39,110 nt of DNA. It comes from Nemertoderma westbladi. Lineage: Eukaryota > Animalia > Xenacoelomorpha. Below are positions 23,630 through 35,726 of the stretch, piece after piece. Location of the stretch: positions 1 through 39,110 of the forward strand of contig JAUCBJ010009008.1 in assembly GCA_032718475.1 (NCBI GenBank), read 5' to 3'. The notes below the pieces were generated by a model. It did no database searches. It was given only the letters and a program-made list of their open reading frames with translations, and had not been told where the DNA came from. Made by a program: the position numbers and the translations under genes. Numbering within the stretch: position 1 is the stretch's first letter; every line of letters starts with the position of its first letter.

Positions 23630-26600
23630 TTACACAATTCGCCCGCTCTCTTGGCGCACGTAGAAGTCGTGGTTGGGGAGGGTCTCGACCACGGTTCCAA
23701 GGCCAGTCCAACGCTTAGTGGTGGGGTCTTGAATGGTAACCGGCTGGCCAATCAGGAGCGTTTTCAGGGGGCATGTGTGGCAGTTATATTTCGCCTGTAG
23801 TCCGTTGCGGTTGGTGGCAGCCACCTCGTCCAGCTCCCTGAATGTTTGGCGCCATTTGGGGGCGAAGGTGGTGAAGTGGATGGGGAGGGCTTCTTAGACG
23901 TTGCGACTGTACATGAGCTCTGAATCATCATGGAGCAAGGATCCCCTGTGCGATTGCGTCTGTGTCGTGGTTGCCTGCCAGGATGAGTTTCTTCATGGCT
24001 TTGACCGTGGGGGGGGGGGGGGGGGGGGGTCGAGCTGGAGGGCTCGAGCTGGACCCCCCCCCCCCCCCCACTGGTGGAGCGTGGAGGAACTGGTGGACTT
24101 CGTCAGATACGAATTGGGGGCCGCCATCAGGGTGGAGGATTGTAGGGACGGCGGTGGCGAGGAAGAGGTGGTGGAGGCAGTTGATGATCGCGCGAGATGT
24201 TGTGTCCGAGTTGTGATGGTATGGCGTGGGCCAGCTGGTATACTCGTCGGTGGCCACTAAGTATTTAATGTCACCGACCTGGAAGAGGTTGGCGTGGGTG
24301 CCCTGGAAGGGCCTCATGTCCTCCAGGTTGTGTTGGGTCGGGGGTGTGGGTAGGGATGTTGGTCTGGCAGGAATGGCATCGATTTATTGTTTGTTGGATG
24401 TCGTTCAGTAGGGATGGCCACCAGACCAACCTGGTCGCACGATCCTGAGTCTTGTTCAGCCCGTGGTGGGCGGCGTGGAGCTGTTGGAGGGTAGTGCGGC
24501 GCAACTCAATGGGGATGTAAAGTTGAGGGCGTTTTAGGATCACCCCCTCATGGATCATCAGGTCGGTGGAGTGGATGAAGTAGGGCCGGAGTTGGTCGTC
24601 GACCATGTTGTGTTTCGAGGTCGGCCAACCCTCTTGGATGACATTGAGGAGGGAGCGGAAAACTGGGTCGCATTGGCCGGCCTCCCGAATTTGCTTGATA
24701 TGCGTGTCCCAGGAATCAAGCGATGGGAGTTGGCTGATGGTGGTGTTCACCATGAATTCCCGGTCTGCGTCGTCATCGGGGGTCAGAAGCAAGTCGTCGG
24801 GCTGAGGTGCATGGAGGGGGGCACGGGAAAATGCGTCGGCGACGAGGTGCTTCGAACCCATTGGTGGCATGCAGTGAAGTTGAAAAGGGTCCTTGCAGTC
24901 TTAAACTTTAGTAGGTGATTGTTGGTTACCTGCTCCAGGTGGTGATCATTGAGTACTGGGATCAGGGGGCTGCAGTCTGTCACCAGGTCGAAGTGATGGT
25001 GGCCATTGAGGAAGTAGCGACATTTGTGGGCAGACTGGGTGGCACCCAAGGCCTCGAGTTCAGCCATCCCGGACCAGTTGGCCTCATGTTTCGTGAGGTT
25101 CCGGGAACCGCACTGGATAGTATTCCACCCATTCCAGGCTGAGTCCCACTGCCTCAGAAGGAAACTGATTCCATTCAGCTAGGAGGCATCAGTGAGGAGC
25201 TCGGATGATGATCGGGATGGAACCCGGAGAGGTAGTGTGCGGTGGGGAGTGTGGTGCCTCGAACACAGCCTGGTGCTGGGGGAGCCACAACCAAGTGGAG
25301 TAGTTGGAGTTCAGACTGCGGAGGCACACCACCAGTTGGGTGATCTCGGCGGTGGAGTTGCCGAGTTGCTGAGCCAGGCCGAAGAAAAGGATCTGAGTTC
25401 TTTCCGGAATGATGGGACGGGGAAGTGGCGACGGTCGTCCGTGAGCTCTGGATCGATGCGGTGCTGGCCATGCGAGATTACATAGCCGCCGAATCTCACC
25501 TCGGGAAAGCAGAACTGCACCTTCTTGGTTTTTATCGAGATGTCGGCGGCATAGCAGGCTGAGAGAACCCAGGTGATGGCTTCCTGGTCAGATGGTCAGA
25601 ATACACCAGGATGTCCTCCACGATCCTGGCGATGTTGGGGATGCCATGCAGGGCCTTGGCCATTCGGGTGTTGAAAATGTCCGAACTGCCATGCCATCCC
25701 ATGGGCATCCTGAGGTACTGGTAGCGACCACGCGGAACCCCTTCTACCTATCCAGGACTGAGAAGAATTGTGCGGATGGCAGAATTCAAGAGATAACCTG
25801 GAATGGGGCTGGGCAGAAGTAGGCAGGTCGGATAGTGTGCCTGTTGAGTTGATGGAGGTCCACCGTGATGCAAACCGAGTTGGGGTCCTTCTTCTGGGTG
25901 ACAACCATGGGACTGAGCCATGCGATCGGGTCATTCTCGTTGTTTGCGGGCTCAAGGATTCCCATGGTGACTTGGTCATGGAGTTCCTGGTGGAAAGCTT
26001 CCTCCAAGTTGGCGGGGATGGCGTGGTTCGCATATGAGAAAGTTGGAGAAGCATCCTCGCAGAGTTTCATTGTTACTGGGCCGCCTCTCATTACCCGACA
26101 GATCCCCGACAGTGGACGTGGGAACCGGGCTGCAAGTTTATCCCATGTGGTGCTGGTGGTTGTAGCTGCTGGTGCAGTAGCCAGGGCTGGTGGTGGGGTG
26201 GTCATCATGGTAGGCAGTGGCAGGATGGCAACTGGTTCGGCAGCAGGGTGGGCTGTACTGGCTGGGTCGCAATGGCGGAGCACTGTGGGCAGTGTGGCGT
26301 GCCTCCTCGCAGGATCGGGCTTGACAGGATCCTGAGGAGGAAACATGCCTTGTGGGACAGCAGTGGTTGTTGGAGGCCATCTAGCATCCAGACCTCGGTG
26401 GTGCATGCTGTGCGGAGCACCAAGCACTGGAAGGTGGCCTTGAAGACCCCTTTGAACACCAGCCAGTCCTACTGCCATTAGCGAGTTTGGGGGCCTGCGG
26501 GGCAGGGACTGGTTGCCGGAGGTTGGCCAACCACCCCCCTGAAGGCGAGGTTCATATGGAGCGGGATTCCAGTTATCTTGGCTCTGGAGTCGGGGAGGAA

Positions 26601-26700
26601 CTGGAGCTCACGGATGCCGAATGAGGTGTTGTTGGTGGCAAACTGGAACCTGACTGTGACGGTCTCCAGTGGCTCCAGCTGCTCCATCACTGACACGAGT
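23630..26700 (-). pseudogene. pol: Gypsy pol remnant (protease, RT, RNase H, integrase), frameshifted
   Basis: PR FLPDSRAKIT; RT WLSPMVVTQKKD..VCITVDLHQLN and FCFPEVRFGGYVIS; RH ELEAL..FDLVTDCSPL; IN LHAAHHG..WWPSL..CHSCQ, YLVATDEYTSWP and DGGPQFVS. Confidence 0.93.
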
Positions 26701-26779
26701 GGGGCATCAGTCAGTTCGGCGCCGATGAGGAGGGTCCAAACCTTGGCGAGGTTGGTCGAGGAGAAGTCGGAGTCTGGGT

Positions 26780-28190
26780 TGGTGTGGTTAGGTGCCCCAG
26801 ATGTCATGTTGGTGTTTGGTCGGCGGGGACACATCTGGTCGTAGTGTCCCATGTTGCAACAGTGACAGCAGGTCGCATCGAGACTGGGACACCGTTTACC
26901 GATGGGGTGGTGTGGATAACTGCACTGAGGGCAGCAGGCACTGGAAGTAGTGCCACGGGGATGGCCCAAGCACCCTCGTTCGGGTTGCCGGGGACGCACT
27001 GCATTGGCCCGAGCTGCAGATGATGCGGGTCCAGGGTTCATGAAGGAGGAGACGTCTTTCCGGGTGGCCCACACAGCCTGAGCTACAGTACAGGCCACCA
27101 GAAAATGCAGATTTGTACAAATATGAACACATTTTATCAAATGTGTATCAGAGTAATGTAATGTTTTTGAACGGGACAATTGAACATAATTGAATTGGCA
27201 ACAACCGAAATTTTTTCGCCAAAGGATACATTTGAATACTTTTGAAACGCTTAGTAATCTGGATCTCTCTATAGTTTGCCACGAACTGTCACTCACTGCA
27301 GCTGGAAATGCGATAAGGATTTGTTTACCTTTATAGTGTACTTTTAATAGTGTCTAGTAGGCCTATAGTTAGTGATGTTAAGGCATGGTCTTTATCTGTG
27401 CCCTCTCGGTGTCAGACTAATGGTGTGACATCTACCTGCACTAAATCAATTATTCAATCGTCTAGGCTCCTCCATCCATATACCCATCCACTCCCATACA
27501 CTCCATGAACCTCCATGTGGTCTTGTATGTAGTTCTCTCTCTACCAATACAGCCCATGTCCGCAATGTAACGCCCTGGGGGCTCTCTCATCTACCTGACA
27601 TCAGACATACAGGCGCACCGCACACAAAGCTTTTGTCGGTCCCAGCAAGTCCTCCTGCTGTGTGCTCTAGAAGATAACTCGCCATTGAATTAACTGCCAA
27701 ACTGCCAATCAGATGACTTGATCAAATGTGTTCACATGTGATAACATTTGATGAAATCTGCTTTTTCTGGTGGCCTGTACTGTAGTTGCAGGGCGTCAGT
27801 GAGGAAACTTCCGACTTCCATCGACATGAGTGATGAGCTTCCCGAGTACCATATAGGGATTAGAGTTCTCGGCAGTGGTCAGACCAAGTCCCTTTATGAC
27901 GGCATTCGTGCTCCGCGAGAAGGCCTTTCATTGTCAGGGCGGCGCATCGTTGCCCATTGGTGGAGGTGAGGAGTCGCGTGGAGGTTTGTGGGTCTGGAGG
28001 GATGGAGGTGTCTGTCACACGGAGGTTGCCCAGGCCGGACGTGACGAGGAAGGTCTCCCACTCGTCCTTCCACAGGTCCCAGATCGATCGCTCTGAGTCG
28101 ATATCGAATGGTGGGGGTGAGCTGCGGAGGATACAAGTGAGAGGGTCGCGGTTGTCGGCGGTCGTGGCAGGTGCGGATCTATGTTCAAAC
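26780..28190 (-). pseudogene. gag: Gypsy gag remnant, interrupted by a MITE
   Basis: N-terminal PPPFD..WDLWKDEWETFLVTSGL and C-terminal CPQC...H....CP....CCHCCNMGHYDQMC double zinc knuckle. Confidence 0.85.
27086..27782. mobile_element. Tc1/mariner-type MITE nested in gag
   Basis: 29-bp TIRs CAGTACAGGCCACCAGAAAAWGCAGATTT (1 mismatch), flanked by TA on both sides, with an AT-richer interior than the host element. Confidence 0.92.
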
Positions 28191-28320
28191 AAGTAGGCCT
28201 ACTGCAGTAAGATTGGAAGATGGCAGTGGCAGATAGTGGTGTCAGGCAGTTAGGTGTGGCAGTTTGGGCAGTAGGTGTCTGTCCAGTGTCACGGTAGGTT
28301 CGAGAACCAAAGCTGCACCA

Positions 28321-28450
28321 TGACTAGTTGACTGATACTGATCATCTGTATATTAAGTATATCCATAAAGAATACCAGATAACCAAAACTGTATGTCTAC
28401 GGGACTAAGCTACCCCAGGGGGAGAGCCATCGAGGCAAGTCTACGACACA
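28321..28450 (-). repeat. 5' LTR (130 bp)
   Basis: TG..CA ends, flanked by the PBS and the TSD. Confidence 0.95.
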
Positions 28451-28649
28451 GTGCTAAATATATTGTCTTCTAGGCTCACTAACTCACTCTCGTGCGGCGC
28501 GAAGGCCCACCCCACGCCCCGCCCACGCCCACGTGTTGCGTTAAAAAAGAGAACAAGGACGAAAGGGAAGGAACATAAAAAAAGATAAGGGAAAATATAA
28601 ATTTGAATATTACTAGGTAGTAATGTCATTGTAGGGACACTAATATGTG

Positions 28650-28842
28650 TGGTTTGTACAGTAGGTGACAGGTCACTGTGAGTAATTTGTACAGTAGATG
28701 TCTCACCAGTACTTGTTTGTACAGTATGTGTTTCGTCAGTTTGTTTGTATACTTGGTGTTTCGCCAGTGTAGTTGTTTGTACAGTATGTGTTTCGTCAAT
28801 TTGTTTGTACAGTAGGTGTTTCGTCAGTAGTTGTTTGTATAG
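28650..28842. repeat. Degenerate ~30-bp tandem repeat (TTTGTACAGTAKGTGTTTCGTCAGT)
   Basis: About 6-7 diverged copies. Confidence 0.75.
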
Positions 28843-29869
28843 TTTACACAACTTATATAACTAACTTGTATTTATGTATTTATGACACATTGATGACTCA
28901 TTGCTGGGTCTGCTGTGATAAGTCAAATGTATACAGAGTAGGCCTACAGCATTGTGGCAGGCTGGTAACCAATAACCAAGCCTTGACCTGGTGGCACCTA
29001 CTACCAACAAAAGTAAACCACATAATGGAGTCTACAGTATGTGCTTGGCTTCCCAGAGAGAGAGAGACACTGGTTGGCTATGTACAATACAAGGCCGCTG
29101 TCCACTGCGTCGAGATACAATGAAGCAAGTTCTATGCAGCTATGCTTAGATGTAGGGTCACATACTTTATGATATTATACACCACACAACTCATTATTTA
29201 CATGTTTGTTTGATTTAAACAAGAATGCAAATTAAAACTATAAAAAAGGAGCATTCACTTATGTTTCGTTAATTTTTTCCGTAACGTAATACTTAGTTAC
29301 GTCTTAATTTATTATTAATTCATAGTACAATCCATTCTCGGCATCCAGAAAGTTTTCAACTACAAACAGCTCATGAATTCTAGCTTTAAAACTTAAAGAA
29401 TATCTTGTTGTGAATGTCAGAGTAGAGTAGTTCATATTTAGAAATGCCAAACAATGAGAATGTTACAAATATGTTTGAAAAGCACTTAAAAATCTTAATT
29501 ATGTTTGATACACAACAAGTGGGTGGTGGCTATTGGTGCATGCGATAAAATGCATTAACACATATATTTGCCAAGGCCACAGAGTACGGATTTATTGTAC
29601 CATCGCTATAGTTGTGTTATGATATCTTAGCAGTGTTTATAAAAACAAATGACGCGTGAAGCTAAAAGCAACCAAGAATAACATCCTTAAGCCCTTTAAA
29701 CACATACCCATCATATGATACCGAATTTAAAAGCTTTTATATGTTAGTCAACCTGTTCTACGAATCTTACTAAAGACTAAACCAAACAGTAAACATATAA
29801 TATAATATGACGATGATCTATATTTCGAAATGTCAGACATATAGTTTGGAGATTTTCTCATGCAACCTT

Positions 29870-30260
29870 AACCTTCTCTTATTAGTAATGTGGGGAGAGA
29901 CACGTAGCCGGCGAGCCTTGGCGTTGCGTTCATATAGGCTCAAATGGGGCAAGTCCGTCTGTCTGGGTCTGTCCGTCTGTCTTGTAAATGTTTGAACGGG
30001 AATTTCTGGGTGTCGTTGGTTCGGAATTGAACCAAACTTAGTTGGTAAGTTGTAGAAAAAATTAAAGTTTGGTGAAAAATCATTTTGTTACGTATGCAGT
30101 CCACCAAAAGTTTAGAAAGAATCTGAAGTTTTGTAAAAATGTGAGAATGTCTGTCAGTCGGTACCGGTAGTTTCAGACGTTTGATAAAAACCGAAATAGT
30201 CATCTTTGGTCAATCATTGATGAAATTAATCGAAACTTTGTTCACGTATGAAGTCTCGTA
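29870..30260 (+). mobile_element. Helentron-associated (DINE-1/HINE-like) non-autonomous element fragment
   Basis: A (GTCY)n tract GTCCGTCTGTCT..GTCTGTCCGTCTGTC followed by ATTTCT..ACCAAACTT, an arrangement typical of such elements. Ends are not defined. Confidence 0.45.
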
Positions 30261-30584
30261 CTGCGCGAGGCCCCATGGATGTGTATTATCTGTGTTGGTG
30301 AGGGGCGTAGAGCGTGCGCAAAGAAGGATAGGGGATGTCAGTCAATATACTAGAATGAGATAACTACTAGATTATGAGATTTTATTTGAAACATGCAAGA
30401 TAATTATGACGCAATTATGCAAACAAGCAAGGTTTCAAAAGGCTGTACAAATATAGTATGCGTGAAGTGATAGGGCCAATTAACTCATTGAGGCAGGAAT
30501 GTATTTTGGATAGATATAGGCCACGCGAATTCCAATTTGTAGTTAGCTATAATTGTTAATACTGTTAGTACTAAAATCTAGCAG

Positions 30585-30726
30585 CAGCCGCTCGGTCTAG
30601 TGGTTACATTCCTGGGTCTCCAATCAGGAGGCCCTGGAGATGGAGCAGCACTGTTTGCGAACAGTGCTTTAAATGTCGCAACATCCTTGTCTGGCTTTCA
30701 TCCTTGACTATTCGAGAAATGGGAAC
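30585..30726 (+). mobile_element. tRNA-derived SINE, 5' part (continues after 33219)
   Basis: A box CGGTCTAGTGG. The core GCTTTCATCCTT...AAATGGGAAC| resumes as |GGAACCAAGG after the LTR element. Confidence 0.6.
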
Positions 30727-33218
30727 TATAAGATAATATGAATCCTTCAATAACTTGAAACTAGTACTCTCCCTAGGGACCGGTACTGTCTCCCGAACTA
30801 CTGTACCTGTTCAGTAGGTCAATACCCATACTTCCCCCAGTTCATATAGAACTATTACATATACACATAACTGACATAACAGAACTATATAGAACTAAAT
30901 TCCCCCAGTGTTAATTAAAGCAATGTTACATACAATATCGGCCTAGTTATTTGGTTTCGGTTTTGCTATGAAAATCCATAACTGTCAGGTGGTCTGGAAA
31001 CCCGGCTTATACGTGTTATATGATGGGTTTGTTGTGGAAAATTATAAGCTACGGTGATCTCATCCTCTTCACCAACACTGTCGTCATCATGTGAACTATC
31101 AGAATCCTCGTCTTGTATCACTGGTCGATAATAGTTACTTTGTTCCTCCAAACAATCTCGAGTATCGACATTTTTATCATCATTATGAACACCAACTTTC
31201 CTAACATCTTGCAAATGAAGTCGATAACCACCAACTATTACAGACCTTGTGCCTGGAACAGCTTCTACTCTTAGTGTCCCCTTCCAACTCGTCGTACACC
31301 TAACCTTTTGGGCCGGCTTAAGGTAGATCAAATCTCCGACATGATAGTTAGATGATACCTCTTAACTACTAGAGGATAATGTAGTCACCCCAGGTAATTT
31401 GTTTATATGATTAGTGGCCAAGAGTACCAATGGAGTTTTATTTCCCTTCGCTGCAGTTCTGTTGTGCCAAAACGAAATTTGTATCGGGTCCTTTCCTGCG
31501 CTGGCTGCCCAAGCTTTGATTGTTCGATGCGACCTTTCAACAGGATTCCCCTGAGGTCGATTGGCACATGAAGGAATTAATTTAATTTCCCATCTATCCA
31601 GAAACTGTTTGAACTCTCTGCTCCAGTAGGCGGGCCCATTATCTGGCAAAATTTCCTCAGATAACCAAAAAACTATTTAATTTTTAACAGCGTCAGATAC
31701 TGTTATGTTATCCTATATTTAGGTCTTGTGTCAGGCAGCATGGTTGCCCTGAGGTGTTTAATAGCATTATGTACCAGTCTGTCCCCTCATGTGCGTTTTT
31801 TCCCTATCGTTTTGTTTCTTGGGTAAAAATTAAACGTCCCCGTAATTCCAAAGCTCTTATAATTGGTACAATCTATCGCCCCGACTCTGTAGCTCACGCT
31901 GAATTTCCAACAGTACTGGACTCAACCCTCTCTAACCTTTCTAAAAATAACCTTGACATTGTTATAACTGGTGATATGAACATTAACCTACTTAAACCGA
32001 ACACTGAATCATCTTCATATATCGATCTACTGACTTCTTATGGTTTCGTCCAATTAATTAATCAACCTACTCGAATTTTTCACTCTGAACCTCCATGACG
32101 TACCATTCACTCTGAAACACTAATCACCATATCTTTACTAACATCACAACTTACTCAACTAATTCCGGTACAATTTCTTGTAAAATCGGCACCAGCGACC
32201 ACCAACCAACCTTTGTTATTCTCGAAAAAGACTCCTCTTCTTCCATTGCCCCTAAACAAACATTTAAGTTCGATTTCTCAAATTTCAATCCATCTGTATT
32301 CTTCTCTGAAATTGAGTCTCTGAGCACTAGTACCTTTACTAATAACTTGAACACTTCCGATAAATTCGACAACTTTTACAATGACCTTAATAACATCTGT
32401 TCTAGACACGTCCCCTGTACCACAGTCCCCCCTCATTCCATTCCACTTAAACCATGGATGACTGATAGATAACTTCCAGCATCCATTCTAATGGGGCTAG
32501 GGTCTATTGATTTACATTTCTCACAAGTTGTACATATTTATTTTATCACATGCTTTGATACATCAACACCTGCTAATTCTCTGTCTTCCATACTTAGTAC
32601 TCGGGATCTATCTGTTCCAGTGTGTGCGAGTTCATGAATCTCCTTAATGCGCTTAATCGTAGTATCTATATGAAATTTACTTTCACTTTTCACTCCAGCC
32701 AATTGTACCAGTTCAGCCTTTTTGGTAGTTTTGTCTTTGGCAAACCAATGTTTTGGGATTCGCGTTAAGTTGTCAGCTTGATTTTTAGATGATGTTAAAA
32801 GCTTTACAATTAGATTTCAACCATATTCCTCAACTGTTTTCTTTAATACATCTAATCACCTCTGGATTAAGATTTTTGATAGTCCCTTAGTCCGTAATCG
32901 GTGTTCATCTTTTAACATGGCATTAATCCATTCTTACACTGATGCAGAATCTGTGTGCAATGTCCTTAAGACCCCATTGTAATGCCATATTCAACCCTTC
33001 TATAATTGCAGTGAGCTCGGCTGCATTTATGTGTTCTGGGTCCATATCCTTACGTAACCATGCTCTATCTTCTGCTACTTTTCCACCAATCTTTACCAAT
33101 GCTCCAATAGCCAAACTGCTCGCATCTGCCCAGACATGGCCCTCCTGAGTCAATTTGATTGGCCAAGAGCCGATGTCTGCCGAGCTTCCTGTACCTGTAC
33201 AGTAGGTCAATACCCATA
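30727..33218 (-). mobile_element. Internally deleted Ty3/Gypsy element (RNase H and integrase remnants)
   Basis: RH VWADASSLAIG..AWLRK..HINAAELTAIIEGLNMALQWG; IN IHELAHTG..CEKCKSIDP, DNGPAY.SREFKQFLDRW and RPQGNPVERSHRTIK. CTGTACCTGTWCAGTAGGTCAATACCCATA is shared at 30801-30830 and 33189-33218. PPT GGGGGAAG abuts the left copy. GGAAC is duplicated (30722-30726, 33219-33223). Confidence 0.85.
31715..32470 (+). mobile_element. L2/CR1-group LINE fragment (AP-endonuclease domain) nested in the Gypsy integrase
   Basis: IIGTIYRP, IVITGDMNINLL, FVQLINQPTRI, SETLI..IFTN, TSDHQPTF, KPWMT. Confidence 0.9.
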
Positions 33219-34599
33219 GGAACCAAGGCAAACAGTGGAAGGGTTTACTGTGGAAGAGCGAGCACCCATGTTGGTGGGTCCTTGGCTCCTTGATTCCTTG
33301 ACTTAACTTGCCTGAAAGATTCATCACATTTATCTCACAAACTCTTTGACGATTTATCTATTGAAAGGACCATTTCCAGCGCTAAGTTTGCTAGAAGGAT
33401 GTCCAGTTTTATTCGTAAGAAGATTTGCATTAATTTCACCCACGCCGTTGTCTCATCAACGAAACCCATTGGAGAAATATTTTGGTCAAACAAAATGTTT
33501 ATGGCGTTTCATATTCTGTTTTCCTGACTTTATTGCAATGATATAATTACGAAAAAATTTAAAACAAGAATTGTCGGGTTCCAAGCGGTGCGCTGCGCAT
33601 ATAACTGTAACCGTAAACACCAGTGGTAATTTTTGAGAAGTTATCTCCTTTTATATATTATTAGGTTTTATGGCATAATAGATCTTAACATATTCATTTA
33701 TTTACAGTTTGATGGGTGTTTCTGACTGACAGACAACCTTTAATTTAAACTCGTGTGAAATGTCATTCAAATCGATTGTTTCAAATTCGATAAAATTCGT
33801 CGTTTGGAATTTGGCTGTTAGATGCGAACGTTATGTTATATGTACAAGCGCCCAGTCCCATCCATCTATAATCCATCTAATTTATAGGGTTTATGGTCAA
33901 ATGAGCTCATTTTGCCCGTTCACTGACCGTGATAACATCCATAATATAATAGCTAATAGCATTAAACGCATAGCTAACTATCGGCTATCTATAACGATTC
34001 CACACTCTGCTTATTTCATATAAAAACAGTTTATTTTAATAAGCTTCGTAGCCTTTCATGTCATTATCAGGCCTCTTTGCACCATTAATTTCGTCATGTG
34101 ATCTGAAACCCAGTAAATTACGTGTACTGTATTCTATAGCTAATATATATTGGATTGATAACTTTCTAACATCCAGCCCATATACAAGCAACTGTATTTT
34201 AAATTCCTCAAATATAAATATAATTATTGTTAGTATTTTGACTTAATGACGATGTCCGGCTTGCAATGAGGTGCAGTGCCGACGGACCCATAAATATAGT
34301 ATAGCGCCCTCAGATGAGATCAGCTACACACATTCCTAGTTCTATGTCCGTAAGCAGGCTTTTGAGAAAAGTCATTGGCTGACCACCACTTCTATTCTTA
34401 CCAGCAGACAGCACAAAGCTGAGTACAACGTTGATCCAGCCAGTAGAAATAGTGCCCAGCAAACTTCAGACGATGTCTCTGCAGGGTGATGCTTGGTTTT
34501 GGCATTGACATGTTGCCATAATTGTATAACACCTCATTGCTTATGTGTGCGTGCATCATAGATAATGTTTTGCACCATGTGTTTCATATTATTATAATT

Positions 34600-34700
34600 T
34601 TCGTTGGGAACAGTTTAAGTTGGCGTTTACGTCCAGGTGGGATCGAACTGGTGACCTCCAGGTTGATAGAATGACACTCTAACCATTCCGATAGCGGCGC
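34600..34700 (-). mobile_element. tRNA-derived SINE head / tRNA pseudogene
   Basis: Minus strand CTATCGGAATGGTTAGAGTG (A-box-like) and CAGTTCGATCCC (B box). The stems are degenerate. Confidence 0.6.
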
Positions 34701-35537
34701 GCAGATAAAGGAAATAATTACAACACGTCCTGCACTAGTTTTTGGCGCGGTATTCGTAGGTAGGATAATTAATAGATTTTGAAGTTGTACAGTATTGAAC
34801 ACGAACGGGATGGTCACTACTTGTTCTCTACTATTTATTCGGATAGGCTAGGCAGTTCTAGTCCTCTCATAATCATCTCATATATTTCAGAGGTGGGCCT
34901 ATCAGGTAGTGTATGTATGCTATATGTTTAATCACAATAAAAAATCAACCTTACGCCCCCTTTATATTTCGTTAAAAATATATAAACGTAATAAATAATA
35001 CATTGTTGACGCACAATTAAAACTACCAAGGAATCAGTTCATTTATAATAACATATCTTTTAAACACTTACGCCACCTAGCGTCACATTAATTATTTTAT
35101 GAGATTGCTAAATTTTACGCCACCTTGCGGTTTCTTTAAAGTTTTGTATACACAATAGCTGTGAGATTTGTTTGATATATTTTCATTATTATAAATTGGT
35201 ATTAAATTGGTATACTGATAAATAAAAATAGTCCTCTATTTTCCTTTAATTAAATTTTGCAAATATGAATTTCTGGCAAGTATTACCATTTCCCAAACTT
35301 AACCTGAACTACTGACGTAAAACTTGATCTAAACAATGATGGATGTATTTCGTTATACTGTAATGTGATGTGAGGATGAGTGTATGTGTATGAATAGTTG
35401 GCATATTCTACGCTTCAGGTCAATGAGTACAAAGGTCAATGTGTACAACATAAAAGGGTACCGGTACAACGAGACAAAGGGTAAAAACAAGGCGGTTATT
35501 TGGTTCGTTTATTATTTTGGTTAGGGTTAGTTGGTCA

Positions 35538-35726
35538 GCCTCAACCCTAATTAAAACTGTCATGTAACCATAACCCTAAGTTATAATCTAAGAAATTTAG
35601 ATAAGACATTATTGCCATTAACGTCCCTTCGGGCCCTATTGCAATAATGTCAGAAATTCCGCTAACTTTCTTAGATTATGACTTAGGGTTAGAGTTATAT
35701 GACAGTTTTAATTAGAGGGTTGAGGC
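35538..35726. mobile_element. ~190-bp near-perfect foldback (MITE-like hairpin)
   Basis: GCCTCAACCCT.AATTAAAACTGTCAT.TAAC..TAACCCTAAGT.ATAATCTAAGAAA..GACATTATTGC and its reverse complement. Confidence 0.85.

Larger units (their letters stand above)
23117..28450 (-). mobile_element. Full-length, decayed Ty3/Gypsy LTR retrotransposon (Mag-like gag zinc knuckles)
   Basis: Two 130-bp TG..CA LTRs, 5-bp TSD GTGCT (23112-23116, 28451-28455), PBS TGGTGCAGC next to the right LTR, purine tract GAAGGGGTA next to the left LTR, and domain order gag-PR-RT-RH-IN. Confidence 0.96.

Noticed and set aside
23312-27132. Many overlapping ORFs on both strands
   Set aside because: Shadow frames of the GC-rich Gypsy interior; only the minus-strand gag/pol fragments carry motifs.
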